64,000 nucleotides of DNA from Eledone cirrhosa (GCA_964016885.1 OZ024750.1:46872001-46936000), one strand, 5' to 3'; counted from the stretch's first letter, positions 30,133 to 45,237 are shown. Made by a program: numbers and translations. The notes: generated by a model from the letters alone, not told the origin.

Positions 30133-30195
30133 ATTTTGTCTGATGAAGGCATACCATAATTTAATGTGGTATCCCTGAAATATGTATAATGAAAT
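30133..30195 (+). ncRNA. Type I hammerhead ribozyme, family C, intact
   Basis: AUUUUGU-CUGAUGA-AGG.AUACCAUA/UGUGGUAU.CCU-GAAA-UAUGUA-UA^AUGAAAU, in a PLE 3' end (30020-30237) next to (AT)n. Confidence 0.8.
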
Positions 30196-30235
30196 AAATA
30201 TGGTTTTATAAATATAGTTTCCATTTATTAATATC

Positions 30236-30281
<46 letters not shown>

Positions 30282-30499
30282 GGGGAGGGGAGAGAGTGAG
30301 AGAGCGATATTTAAAAGAATAGCAAACATTACGGGCGCTCTATCTGAACATTATTTTTGAAAAGCATTAGAAATCCGCAACCGGTAAAAACTTAAAACCC
30401 AAACTGAATACTAACCAATACTTATTACTAATTTTTAATTATTCCTAATTAAACTATTTTTCACTGGGAACAATTTGTCACCATTTTATTTCCCTTTTA

Positions 30500-30559
<60 letters not shown>

Positions 30560-30566
30560 CATATAA

Positions 30567-31164
30567 ATCTATCTAAGGCGGGTAAAATTCCCGAGATCCA
30601 TGGGCGAGTTCTCTCCAGCGGTCTCTGTCCCCCATCATAGCTGCCATGTCCTGCGTCTCCAACAGACCAGTGTCTGTCTTTAGGGCATCAACATACGTTA
30701 ACCTTGGTATTCCTCTTCTAGTGTGTCCATGTAGGGGCTCCCAAAGAGCACTGAGTGCAATGTCAACTCTGGATGTCAGTGAGCATGTCCAGCTAACCTC
30801 AATCTCCTCTGTGTCACTTTTGAGCTGACTTTTGTGATGCTCCCATACAGCTCTGAGTTTTTTCATCCTCATTGTATACTGATTAATGTTCAGAGCCATC
30901 CTCAGCATTCTCGGGTAGCCCCCATCCACCATCTGAGTGAGTTTCTTGGTCAGTGTCCAAGTCTCAGACACATACAGCAGCACAGACTCCACTACAGCAA
31001 GGAAGCCGCTAGAATTGGTTGAGGGCTTCCTGTATTTGGGAGCAAAGGTTGGGAATACGGAAGATGATGTGGTTGAGAGGAAGAGCAAGGCCTGGGCGGC
31101 GTGCCACAGCTTCAGATCGGTGTGGAAGTCGGACCTTCGTAGAGACCTGAAAGTCCGCCCCTTC
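30567..31164 (-). mobile_element. 5'-truncated, 5'-inverted RTE-clade LINE inserted in (AT)n
   Basis: Minus strand 30573-31005 encodes [17 protein letters not shown]...RMLRMALNI...DRDRWRE with a (TAGA)2 tail. Plus strand 31003-31164 encodes [12 protein letters not shown]...[18 protein letters not shown]. Confidence 0.85.
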
Positions 31165-31934
<770 letters not shown>

Positions 31935-33861
31935 TGCATCATTGCAGACCCATAGTACCGTAAACATGGTGTGAAGCAGACTGATCTTATGTCTTCTAAT
32001 ATTTTCTCTAACCATTTGTCTGTGGTTCACGTTTATGTCTTATGATATCTTTCTTATTCGAGGGTCCTCAGGGAAGATATTTAGACATTAGCCACTTTGC
32101 TACAAACACAAAAGTCCTTTAAACTCTCATTTGTGATGTTCATTAATCTGAAGACCGCAATCTACTTAACTATTCCCTAATGGATATGCACAATCTTATA
32201 TCTACTTAAATCCTTTGGATTTTTTATGCGTTTTTATAAAATTCTAATGATGTTTGAACAGGCGCCGCGATCGACTTATCCCTTCACATACATCTTTTGA
32301 CGTAGATGGAAAAATAAACTGTAGTCCATAAATGTCAATATCTGAGAAGTACAAGTAACCAGTTATTGCAGATTAGATGATGATATTGCCTCCCTTTAAA
32401 AAATAAAACACCACATTTTTCGCCGATCTTAGGGTAAGTCTTTTGAACCGGAAGGGAATTAGAATTCTGACAAAAATTAAAGAGTTTTGTCTATTATCTT
32501 ATTGGCTTGTGAGATCAGATTTTTTTTTATCATAGACATATTAACTCCTCCAACGGTCTCAACGCTACTTGTGTGACATTCTCAGGTTTCAATGGAGTAC
32601 ACACGCAGCCGACACTGAAATATGACTGACAAAATGTAGGAGCATTTTGCATTGAAGCCTACAACCACAAGGGCCGACCCCGAGAATTACGCGACGCTGA
32701 TAAATCTGATGATAGCAGAAGCCCAAGCAAATGCTTTATGGCGAGTTAATACCTGATACAAGACTGCACAACAAATCAAAACTATGTAGATATGCAAGTA
32801 TCTCTATATGTAAATTCTATCGAATGCCATGAATGGTTTCTGCCATACTGAGTGTCTTGCATTTATTCAATATTTTCTTACAAACTGTCCAGTTGTTTTT
32901 TCAACATATATTATTAGAATTGTAGGTGAGTTGGTGTCTGTGTATATATTTATGTATGTGTGTGTGCATCTACATATGTTTACGTATATAAATTATCAAT
33001 AGGTGTGAGAAATCGAATGCATATATACTTATAATCGTGAATAAATTCTGATTATGCATTTCACGTAAGTTAAAAAAAGACATTAAATAATATTTTGCAG
33101 TTAATATATCGTGTTTAGCTTTGTCTGTCTTCAAATGATAAGCAAGTTTCTCTAGGGCAATACCAGAGATTTCCTTTCATTCCACGATGTACTTGAAGTA
33201 TGATGTTAAGATAAAACGAAATGAACATTTTGAAGGTTTCTTTGTCTTTTTAAAGATGTAGTTTCGTGTTTCATCTGTAGTTTAGCCTATTTGAAACAAT
33301 TTATTGATATATTTGACATTCGTAACCAATGTTATATCTAAAAAAAATGGCGTAAGATGTTTCAGTAAATCAATCTACATCTGCTTAACACATCAGCATA
33401 TGTAATGCTTCTATAAAAGAAAAATGTGATAGATGTTAAAAGAATCTCCGCGTTTTTTCTTTTTAATTTATTTTTGTTATTGAAATATTAAATTATAAAT
33501 CTCAGCAAGTATTTTGGACGAAAATATATTTCCCGGAGGACATATTTGTTGTGCATATTAATAAATAATTGTTTCTGATTCAGTTCCAGGAAAATACAGG
33601 GCCCTCGAAGAATAGTTTTAACATATTTTCACAATTTATATGATTTACTCTACCCCATGTTTCCATTTGCACTCGGAACAGAAGGGATTTCGTTAAAAGC
33701 GTTGACACATTGTTTAATGTGTCTTTTCTTGTGCATTACGTATTTAAGACTTACCAGGGATAGCCATTCCATGTAGGCCACTAGACTGCATCGTAACTGT
33801 GAAGTATTTCTAATAATTTGTTTCTGATCTAGAAATATATAACATTATTTCTAATTAGTAA

Positions 33862-34050
33862 GGGCGGTTGATTGGCAGTATCATTAGAGGGTCGGACGCC
33901 ATGCTTTCCAGCATAGTTACGCCCCTTTTCGATCTGAGTTCAAATCCCGTCGTGGTTGACTTTGCCTTTCATCCTTACGGGGTCGATAAAATAAAGTACC
34001 AGTAATGCACTGGGTAATTGCTGGCCTTGTGCTTTAAGTAGAGACAATTA
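33862..34050 (+). mobile_element. Full-length tRNA-derived SINE with TSD
   Basis: Flanking attatttctaattagta / attatttctaaatagta. Confidence 0.9.
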
Positions 34051-34469
34051 TTTCTAAATAGTATTCTCCGCCAAATGATAGTAAAAAACGATATTTCTTG
34101 CAACATAATCGGAGCAACGCCATTGATAATATAGAAAATATATAACACAATATAAATCAAAAGAGTAGTAGCGCCTGTTTTCATATCGACCACACAGGCT
34201 ATGAAACATACTCGCCTGTTACTTTAATGGTTTATAAACAATTGTTAAAACAAAACCAAGGGCAGGTCCGGATAAGGATAGTCTCCAACAAAATATATCT
34301 GTTCCGGTACAAATGCTAATCGTATGTTAGTTTATATAAAAGTATGCATTATGCTTTTGAGGTAACGAAATAGCTCATCTGCCGCTAGAGATACCTGATA
34401 CCATCTGTTGATTACCAAACTGTACAACATACCCCCCCCCCACATATATATATATATATATATAAACGT

Positions 34470-36430
34470 GCAAGGAATTTTACTCTAAACATTTAGAAGT
34501 AAAAGAAGCAATCTGTATGTTTTGCCGTAAGTACACAAATATAAACTAATTAATGAAACATGCAATATGATGAAAATAAACTGTGTGGATATACCCACAC
34601 CAACCGACCTAAAAACAAACCCACCATATCAGGCCGAATCTGTGAGAAACATCGCCTTGACATTTTATTAAAACCTATCATCAAACACGTCCGTAGCTTC
34701 ATACGAGATGACCTACATTTTCTCAACCATCTACTAAATAAAGTAAACCAAAATATTTAAATGGTTTCATTTAATGCTATATAGTAACAACCTCAACCAC
34801 TATGGCATCGAAGCTATCCGATTCTAACTAAACACATTCTCCCATCAGTTACCAGACGATATTAACAAACATTTCATGATAGAAAGTCTTCAATTCATCC
34901 TAAAAAACAACTACGGCACTTCATATTCGATGAAACACCCTACCGACAGGTATCAGGATCAGCCATGGGTACCGATGTGACGCAACATATTCCAAATTTG
35001 TCATGGGATACCATGAACTAAAAGTCAATGAAAAAGCTTCAGAAAAGTATGCTATATAAAAGAAAACTGGAAAACATACATAGATGAATGTTTTAATTTC
35101 TGGAGCGAAAATCTTGAGGAACTAAGGAATTTTCAAACCCTTATCAATGATATAAGCTGGAATGTCGAATTCAGTATGGAATTTAGCAAAATAAACCTCT
35201 CTTAGACATACTAATAATAAAACGAAACACAAAATTAGAAACTGACATTTTTTTTCAAACCCACCTTCTCCTGACACTACCTCCTCTTTACATCTGCTCA
35301 TCCACCTCATACACGCACTAACATTCCAATTAACCTATCTAAACGAATCTGCACAGTAATTTCAAACTCAAGAACAATATACCAGAGACTAAAACAGATG
35401 AAAGATATACTCATTAAGAGAAAATACCATAGCATTCGAAAAAAAAAAAATAGTATTCAAATCCTCCGAAAAAAAACTAAAGAAAAGGGAAATAACGTCA
35501 TACCAAACATCTCAACATTCAGCCTACAAAACACAGAGATTTATACACACGTTCTACTAAACATAATTATATCTCCAATAGTTAAACAAATTAGAATTAC
35601 GCCCCTTTTCACAAATTAAACATTGTTTTATCTAAACACGAGTCAACCTTACCCCAATAAGTCGTATGCCTTACCTTAGCAAGTAGAGAGGTGATCCTGA
35701 CCATGCAAGCGAAATACAGTATGCAGGATTCAAAAGGACAAATAAATGAAAAAATATCTTACAAAAATATCTTGTTATTAAGAGTAAACGACAACCGAAA
35801 TCATTAAGAAAATTACTGACAAGGGCAGAGCTGTAAACCACAATTACAGAACTCCTAATGAAAAGTTGTAACCGACCTCATTGCAGAATGTGCAATTGCC
35901 TAATCGAAGGCCATTAATTTCACTTCTAGGTTGGCTCTATCTTCAAGATTAAGAACAACGTTTCGTGCAAGTAGGACAAATGTATTTACATCATAATGTG
36001 CCTAGGTTGCCGTGAACATTATATATGACAGAGACAACACACGAGAACTCCATACACTAGGAAAACAACCTAAGCAAACATATAGGAGCATGCAGAGGAT
36101 CAACACTACCGCATTTTCATATTATCCCTTTTCTACTAACGTGACTATGAACTCAGAGAACAAGGTAGATTTAATAAAGAGAAATTGTTTATTAGAAAAT
36201 TCAAACCAAATTTGAACTCACTTAAACACAGATATTTCTCCAATACTTAAAAAAGTTGTCACAAATTAAATATTTTTTTAATCTACACAAGAGTCAACAA
36301 AAACCCCAAATCAAGTCTTAACTGTTATTTTAGTAATCGAACACCAAAATTCAGGCGTCTGAACGAAAACACAATTAATCTTAAAAAGAAACGTTTTGAA
36401 AATCTTAAACTGAGAAAACAAACTATGCCA
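34470..36430 (+). mobile_element. Degenerate Penelope-like element (Neptune-like) RT plus GIY-YIG
   Basis: Frameshifted motifs LYVLP*VHK, LDILLKP..SFIRDD, YRQVSGSAMGT, YIDE, HPPHT..NIP, KRQPKSL, SCNRPHCRMC, CIYIIMCLGC..YI. Confidence 0.8.
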
Positions 36431-36458
36431 AGAAACAATTTATATATATACAAGGTGC

Positions 36459-36489
<31 letters not shown>

Positions 36490-36492
<3 letters not shown>

Positions 36493-36656
36493 CGAAGGAA
36501 ATGTGGTAAGGAACCAGGTGGACCATAACGCACCAAAGTACTCAATACTTAGGGTAGTAGAGTGGGTAATGGGAACCAGTAAGACCCCTACGGCTGAGCT
36601 CAGAATTAGCCGTCGAAACGGCTTGAGCTCAGCCGTCGGGGTCTTACTGGTTTCTA
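36490..36656. mobile_element. Fold-back PLE end, family K
   Basis: Same sequence as 9847-10058 with a shorter loop; flanked by (AT)n. Confidence 0.7.
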
Positions 36657-36682
36657 TATATATATATATATATATATATTCT

Positions 36683-36782
<100 letters not shown>

Positions 36783-36991
36783 AAATTTAGTATATCTACT
36801 AATATATGCGTACGTATGTACGCTAATGTCAGCAAATAGACAGGTTATGTCATAGTACCTAGGTGGTTCAATGCAGGAGGATGCAGAACAATAATATAAA
36901 AGACGTAAAATAAGAAAATTAAAAAAAACAATTTTTTTAAAAATTAACTCACTTACTAAAATTTTCACTCCAACTAATTAGTTTCTGCAAT

Positions 36992-36993
<2 letters not shown>

Positions 36994-37077
<84 letters not shown>

Positions 37078-37085
37078 GAGAGAGA
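36994..37085. repeat. (GA)n microsatellite
   Basis: Directly visible. Confidence 0.95.
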
Positions 37086-37196
37086 CTAGAATTGGAGACA
37101 GCAGGCAAGATATAATTAAAGGATATGTTTTTCCTTTTTTCTTCTTTGTTCCGAGGAACTTTCGTTTTTTAAAAAACGAATTCTTTAATGTATATA

Positions 37197-37246
37197 TAAT
37201 ATAACCGGTTTCGATGTATCACTGTAATCCATCTTATCAAATGTTG
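37197..37246 (-). ncRNA. Candidate U3-A8 variant hammerhead motif
   Basis: UUGAUAA-GAUG..CAUC-GAAA-CCGG-UU. Stem I is weak. Confidence 0.45.
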
Positions 37247-37645
37247 AATATTACAATTAATAAGAAAAAAATTAAGTGTTCAAGAAGGTCTGTTCATCTT
37301 TCTTATTGAGAAGAAGACCGGGTCTAAAGTGGTACATTATCTATATATATAGAGGTAATCATAGTAGTAGAGGTGGTAGTTGTGTCTTTTCACAGATCAA
37401 AATTATTTTTAGAGAGAGGAAATATTTCTGTATATATGTTTGTATAACTCAACTGTGTTAGAGGCCTGGTGAAGGGTTCATATAGAGCTGGTGAAAAGAG
37501 GGAATATAAGCTAGAGACAATTGCTATAGGAGAGAAAGGTATATAGGATTGTCAAAACTATAGGATTGTATAAGGAATTCTATTTTAGGAATATAGTTTT
37601 AGAGGGTATGACTGTGTATGTGTGAGTGTACATATATATATATAT

Positions 37646-38181
37646 AACCGCGGTAAAGGCACATATAGTTAGTACAGGGAACTTTTTGAAATTTATCTTA
37701 ACCTTTTTTTCTTTATTTGCTTTTCCTTGATTTCATATCTTCTGGCTTGTTAATTTATTAACTTGCCATTGAACCACACTTGCATACGGTCGGACTATAC
37801 TTGTATCTCTATGTGTAATATTTACATGCAGGAACACATACTTTTATTATTATTCTCCCCAACGGTAGAGAAACCTTTCGTCATTTGAACGACTGCTATT
37901 TTTAATAGCGAGAGATTGACCTGCACACGGTACTAGACAACATTGTTTTTACAAATCATTTTTTGGGGCAGTTTTGTATGGCACCAGTTTGTATTTTGAA
38001 CTATTATATTTTATATTGTCCGAAAGGGAAAAGCCTTCTGACGAGGATCTCTTTCTCAATGAAAACCCACTTGGAGTATCTATTTGCTTTGAGATCTGAA
38101 ACCGCGGAAAAGGCACATATAGTAAGTACAGTGGATTTTTTAAAATGTATTTAAAATGTTCTCTTTGTTTGCTTTACCTTG

Positions 38182-38185
<4 letters not shown>
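37646..38185 (+). mobile_element. Second retrozyme-like locus (family A): ~454-bp unit plus ~85-bp direct repeat
   Basis: Colinear with 2965-3545; starts at aaccgcggta^aaggc and ends at ccttgatt+(AT)n. Confidence 0.75.
38033..38114 (+). ncRNA. Type I hammerhead motif, family A (cleavage-site U changed to A)
   Basis: GCCUU-CUGACGA-GGAUCUC..GAGAUCU-GAAA-CCGCGG-AA-AAGGC. Confidence 0.7.
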
Positions 38186-38222
<37 letters not shown>

Positions 38223-38239
38223 GTGTATACTATACTTCA

Positions 38240-38352
38240 ATGAAAATTAATCTAACCACAATAGTAGTCCGTTAAAACAAGGAGGTGAAAATGGGATAGA
38301 AAACATATATGGGTATTTATATATATAAAATCATTCCCAGTTAATACAATTT

Positions 38353-38430
<78 letters not shown>

Positions 38431-40440
38431 TATATAATATATATATATATATAATAATAATAAAATAAGATGCTGAGCTTACATATATCGTTTAATCATA
38501 ATTATTTCCACGGTTCTCCATGCAATCGAGATGTCCTTCATGCATTTGCTGTTGATTATGGGAATGGTTTCTTGAGATTAAATCGATATATTTGATATGC
38601 CGCTGGAAGGAAAAGATACATCCTAATACCTGTGCGTCCAGGATATATATGAGTTCCTTGAATGGTTTGCCATCCGTCGCGTTTGTTAGAAAAAGCTATC
38701 AACACTCCTCCTGGCTGTAACTGTTGAAACGCCGGTAGCTGCTTCGTGGAGGGTAGGTGTCTCGGCAGTTGCTTAGTATATGAATGTAGGGTGAATACCA
38801 GCAACCATATCGGAGCCACGGCTAATGAGTTTAAGGAAAGCTGGTACAATCACTGACACACCTTTAGGAGAGGTGATAAGAAGTACAGCACCGCCCTCTC
38901 GGAACTAGTGTGGCGTCTCAAACGGGATAACGTAGAATTCACTATGTCGTGGTCGAAGGTAGCATCGGCTCAACGCTACAGAGAGGGTGGACATGACACG
39001 TGCCACCGAGATTATGGAAATAATCAAGATGGGAGCTCTTGTTATCAATAAAATGAGTAACCTCTTCAGCATCTGCCTCGACAAATCTTCTGGAACCTTA
39101 CTCAAACTATACGGACTAGCAACGTAGTAGTGCTAGTTGAACACTTTTGCAATCTTGTCCGTGGAAGCCGGATATGACCTCGCGGCAACCCTAGCGTTAT
39201 GCGAACCTTGGATATCTTGTTTACACACCTGGAGTGTCTATGTGTACTTGTTTCTATCATTTGTTCCCTATTCTTTTATTTATATACTTACTGCTGTTTT
39301 TTTATGTATTTTGTTCCGTTCCTTTATTATTGTGTTCTCTATATGTGTTCTCGTGTCTTCTATTTGTTCCTGTTCCTATTTTCGCTTCCCGTAACTCTCC
39401 TCCACGGTCTAACAGCCCTGTTGATAGTATGGTTGCCACTGTGGTTGGGACTGAAGGTTATTATCATTGCTGGCCTTGTGGCTTCCAACGATAGAGGAGG
39501 ATTGTATTAACTGGTAATGTTTTTATATATATAAATACCCATCTATATTTTCTATCCCATTTTCACCTCCTTGTTTCAACGAACTATTATTGTGGTTAGT
39601 TTAATTTTCATGGAAACGTGGCTTTTTTCCTGCTGCCGCCGTCGCCGTGGTGGGGTCATCACTGGTGTTGTTGTTGTTGTTGGTGTTACCAATGACTTAA
39701 TACTGACATAGTTGATACCACCGCTACTGCGACGTACGGGATGGGTGGTGGGCGGTGTTGGTGTTTGTTGTCGTTGTCATTGTTGCTGTTACTGTTTATG
39801 GTCATGGTGATTGATACTACCAACTCTGTGTACCCACCTACCACTAAACTGCTTTTTATTGCTTTGGCGTTATCGCTGTTTCCGGTCAACAGGGTGGTAC
39901 CGTCACTGCGACGACTACCACCTGTATACACGACGCTGGTCTGTGTTTTTGCTGTTGTTGTCGTTTGTTGCTGCTGTCGTTGTAAGTGTTTTTACTGTAG
40001 TTGTTGTTTTAGTTGTTGTTGTCAATAGGGTGATGGTACCAAAACGACTATTGGGACCAGTGTGGATAACTTTGCTCGGCGGTTTGATGTTGTTGTCTAT
40101 AGGTGGTCGTCAACTAAATGTAATACCCCCCCCCCCTCAGAGCTCCTTGTGTTTCTTTAACTGTCTACTGGGTTTGGTTGCACACGGTTCTTCGTTCTTT
40201 TCGTCTTTTTTCGTTGATAGCTTTTTCTAACAAACGCGATGGCAAACCCTTCAAGGGAATCGTATGTATGCTGGGCGCATAGGCATTAGGATGTGCGTTT
40301 TCCTGCCAGCGGCATATCAAATATATCGATCTTTATCTGAGGAAACCGTTCTCATAATCAACAGCAAGGAGACCCGTATTAATAATTATTATGATTAAAC
40401 GATATATGTAACCTCAGCATCTTATTTTATAATTTTTATA
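38240..40440. mobile_element. Rearranged PLE complex with GIY-YIG endonuclease remnant (+ strand 38710-39110) and two pairs of inverted segments
   Basis: GCNC..C..EGRCL...VYECRV..HIGATANEFKESWYNH*HTF..STALSELVW. 38240-38345 is inverted at 39505-39615, and 38455-38705 is inverted at 40212-40435. Confidence 0.75.
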
Positions 40441-40522
40441 AAATTCTCCATCGTAACTAAAACAACGATTGTTGAGAGCTTTCCCCTGCTTACTCATGTT
40501 TTTACCAAAACAATCTTTTCCG

Positions 40523-40614
<92 letters not shown>

Positions 40615-40617
<3 letters not shown>

Positions 40618-40633
40618 GTGTGCGTGTATGTGT

Positions 40634-40728
<95 letters not shown>

Positions 40729-40735
40729 TGTGTGC
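40615..40735. repeat. (GT)n microsatellite, preceded by (CA)n(TA)n
   Basis: Directly visible. Confidence 0.95.
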
Positions 40736-40779
40736 GACTTATTGTAAGTGCGATTCGATCAAAACTTAGCCATAGAGAT

Positions 40780-41660
40780 ATTTTGAGGAGAAAGAAAGAA
40801 AATAATGGCTTTTTTTAGTAGGTGGTCGAACGTATTGGTTTTTCTGGGGCTGAAAGATACATATGTTAAGGTATTGTTCTTGGTTTAGATTGTCAAGTCG
40901 ATGAAAATGTATGTGTTTTGCTATGCTTTTTCCGTTATTAATTATTGTTTATACATTTGGCACAAGGCCACCAATTACCCAGGGCATTACTGGTACTTTA
41001 CTTTATCGACCCCTTAAGGATGAAAGGCAACGTTAACCTCGACGGGATTTGAACTCAGAATGGCAAGGGCCGTAACTCTGCGTGAAAGCATGGCGTCCGA
41101 CCCTCTACCGATACTGCCAATCCACCGTTATTAATTATGTCAAATGGGAAGGCTCTTAAGGTAAGTATGTTTTTTAGTTCAAATAGTTTTTGTTTCCGTT
41201 TAGTTGGGTCTGAAACTATGGTGCATATAGGTTTGGCTAAGTTAAGTGGAATGTTAATTATTGTATGTTTTGGGTGACTTGATGTTAAGTTGAGGTACTG
41301 TTTGGAGTATGTGGGTTTATAAAAGATATCTGTTTCTATTTCCCACCTGTTTTTGTAAAATAAGGATATCCAAGAAGGCTAATTTCTTGGAGTTGGATTC
41401 CATTTGAATTGTAAGTTATTAGTAATGTTGTTTATCATATTTTTGAAAATAGTGAGTGTATTCAAGTTGTCCTGCCTTAGTATAAAGGAATCGTCGAGGT
41501 ATCTCTTCCAATTGTTTTTGAGATGTATAAGGAAAGGGCCCCGAATAATAGAAGGAATTGGTAGTAGATTTGTTGTTCGTGGAATCCCATGACTAAGTTG
41601 GAGTATGTGGGGTCTAACTCCGTGCCCATTGTAATACCTGAGACTTGTCGTAACTTCACA
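40780..41660 (-). mobile_element. Neptune-like PLE RT fragment interrupted by a SINE
   Basis: RQVSGITMGTELDPTYSNLVMG, WKRYLDDSFIL, DIFYKPT; similar to 34470-36430. Confidence 0.8.
40940..41127 (-). mobile_element. tRNA-derived SINE with TSD nested in a PLE
   Basis: Flanking ccgttattaattat repeats. Confidence 0.9.
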
Positions 41661-42415
41661 GGTGGGTCTGTAGGAAGATACACACAGGCACACACATGTA
41701 TATAAACACACCTATTAATATTTGTTTGCTATTCGTGATTTAATACGTTATATTTGTCATGACTTTAGAATTACATTTAGCTAAAATGTATTTATTGGTT
41801 ATTTTATTTTCGATTCACTGTATAAAACTTGTGCGCTTTCATTATACATCAATCATTGATTTTGAAATTATACGATTAAAAAAAATCAATATATATATAC
41901 ATAATGGAGGGAATTTAATATAACATTCAAATATTATGTTCAATTCAGGAATAGAATGTAAATATTGTAAAGTTAAAAACGAAATATAATAATTATATAA
42001 AGCTAATACATATATAAATAGAAATTCAGAAATATCTGGAGACTCCCAAACTGATGCGTTTCAAATAAAGTAACATTTACATAAATGTAAATTTTCTTGA
42101 CAATGCTGTCTCTAAGAACAACAATTATAGACTAATTACACAAATAGTTCACTTTAATCACAATTCGAATATTAGAAATACATGAAAAGAATAAAGCAAT
42201 TAAGCGTATTTATTTTAAATATATTTAAATGCATGTTGTTATTATTCTTAATAATATTTTCAGTATTGGCTTTCATTACCATTAATATTATTGTTATTAT
42301 CATTAATATTAATTTGACCATTATTATCATTATAATTATTAATATTATTGATTATATATACCATAAAGAGAGACGAACACAGATAAATTAACTCAACACA
42401 CACACCCACACTCAT

Positions 42416-42484
<69 letters not shown>

Positions 42485-42505
42485 TATACATATATACACA
42501 TATAC

Positions 42506-42588
<83 letters not shown>

Positions 42589-43242
42589 TATATATATATG
42601 CATATATATATATATATATATATGCATATATATATAAATATATATATACATATATATATATATATGCACACATATATATATATATATATAATTGTAAAGG
42701 AAATTATTATTCAAAACACAAAATTACAAGTTTACTATAGAAAACAACAAATTATGATACGCCAAAAATTACAGTTCACAACAAAATTTCAGCTCTGACT
42801 GAATTGTTTAGATGAAAGTTAAACATAATGTATAATTAAAAAATTAAAGAAAATGTTCTTCAATAATAGGACGAATGCATCTTTAATCCTACTAAGAAAA
42901 AAGAAGGAAAAATTCGCCAATTATATTTCCGGATATTCCCCAAAAAATAATTTGGAAAATTTGGAAATTATTCTTGAATAGAGAATAAAATTACACTAAA
43001 AAAAAAAAGTATTAATTCAAAACCGTTATCTCATACACAATAAAGCTATGTTGAGTTTGCTTACCTTTTCAGTTTTTACTGTGATTTCGGATAAACATGT
43101 TTTAGAGAACGAATTGTAAGACCATACATAAAATATAAAAGCATAAACAAAAAAAAAACATTCACACAAGGCATGCAATTATAAATATACTCACTCACAC
43201 ACATAAATACATACATTCATGCACATATATATATATATATAT

Positions 43243-43430
43243 ATTGAGATGGAGGGTTTGTGGTTTTTCTCGCATCACACATATATATATATATGATGCG
43301 AGGAAAACCACAAACCCTCCATCACAATTCTACTTTTGAAAAAGACAAGAACTGCGAAACCGGTAGAGGAAACAAATAAATATTTTTAAAAAGAGTCCAG
43401 TTGCATATTCGATTTTATCTTTTTTCCTTA
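43243..43430. mobile_element. Fold-back PLE end with U3-A8 HHR-like motif (43328-43371, +)
   Basis: 35-bp inverted arms around a short (AT)n. UUC.UA.CUU-UUGAAAA-...UGC-GAAA-CCGG-UA^GAGGAA. Homologous to 2388-2625. Confidence 0.65.
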
Positions 43431-45116
43431 TACTTAAACTGAAGAAATCGTCCTCAAGTAGTACTCTCTATTTTTAAGAAAGAATATACGTTGTTCAGGA
43501 TATTATATCACCTGGCAAGTAGTATGTTCACCCCCTGATCAGAAGGTCATCCGTTAGTATCTCGTTTGCGCTTTTGGGTCTTAAACAAGATACTTCATTC
43601 CACCTTGCCTATGCCTAGTCAATTGACAAATATGATGTGAACATGTTCAAATGGTAAGTCCTTTTACAAACTAAATCTACATGAGACGACGTTACAATGT
43701 AAATATCTTTAGAAGGTACATACATTTCATGCACAGGCTCTTCCGTTGTTCTTAACAACTGCATCTCTCATTTTCGGATCTGACGTAGTTTCACCGTATA
43801 GTTTCAGTCATTAGCATGCGACGATGCATGAAAGGCTTATATCATATCGATCCCAGATTTTATGTTTTTCCAACCTGGTATTTTTTTCATCGATCGTATT
43901 TTAGCGTCTATCTAGGACAGGGGCCATAAACACATGCATACAGACTCATGCATATATATGCAAGTCGGATTCCCACATGTTTTATTTTGTCTAAGAAATA
44001 ATATGCACATGACCTGAGTCACAGGGGCTTATGTAGTAATTTACTTTCCCAAAATTCTGAGGAGATGGGAATCCGAAAGACGTGTTTCAAATAACAAATC
44101 CTCAAACTCATTGCAGTGACTTCGCCTATGTATAACCTGATTTACTTTCCTCGTGTAAGATACATAACTATATATAATATTCAGAAAATATTTTTCTTTC
44201 TGTTCCTTATTGACATTTTATGATCCACTATCTGAAGAGTCATCAGTACCTTGCACTTGGTGAACGTAGCGGAGTACACGCTGTTGCAAAAATGCGGTTT
44301 CTACTTCTTACGTCTCTCTCTCCTGTCTCGAAAATCCTGAAAAGTGTTATGGTTTCTGCGCTCTGACTTTTCATTTAACATACCATATCTGTATACATTT
44401 ATGTTGATGAACAATTTCCGAGTGTTTAAGAAATTCGTATCGCAATCATAATATCCCCGGTGTGATCCCTGGAAAATATCTATATACCATAGTCTACGAC
44501 GGACTAATGTGTTGTGACTGATGCTGCGGTAATGGATTGAACCCCGCCAGAAAGACTGTATTTGTAATGCATAGAGCCAGCCTCTTCGCAAGCTGAATCA
44601 CACTTTGAATTGCTTTAAGAATATATGTATGTTTGGAATTCTCAAACACGTTCACATTAATTTCGCAAACATAACGGCCCGTGGATATAATAAGATCGAA
44701 ACAAATCATCCACTGAATCGACGGAGATCCATTCTCCCATCTATTTATATATACATACTATATCCAATGCTAAATTATATGTAACTTTAATATTCATTTT
44801 AATTGTTGGTTCAATTAACGTGTCCACTGGTTATTAAGCGGCTTAACATTTTTTTCAAATTATTTGTTATTCGATGGTGTAGAAGGAAACTTTATCGTCT
44901 GCTATAATTTAAATTTATGGTTCAGGCCATTTATCCGTCTGCTAACCAATTTTTATCGCTTCTAATTAACTAATTTATTTCCTAGACTTGTTTTCTCTAC
45001 AATTTTAAGTTGTCTTTTGTTATTAACTATTCGGTGAGGTGAAATTTTCTTTCCTGAGAATTAGTTTTGTATATATATATTTATACTCACACAGTCACAC
45101 ACATAGACGCACACAC

Positions 45117-45237
<121 letters not shown>

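Noticed and set aside
33756-33797. Possible small minus-strand exon (cag...gtaagt)
   Set aside because: The receptor-like YDAV frame is followed by a stop, and the other frames show no receptor similarity.
38720-38870. In-frame TGA codons in the GIY-YIG remnant as selenocysteine recoding
   Set aside because: They align with Arg positions in the 57355-57750 homologue (CGA/AGA decay) and co-occur with frameshifts; no SECIS was recognised.
43065-43078. Possible minus-strand micro-exon before a gtaagc donor
   Set aside because: 14 bp, no sequence support.
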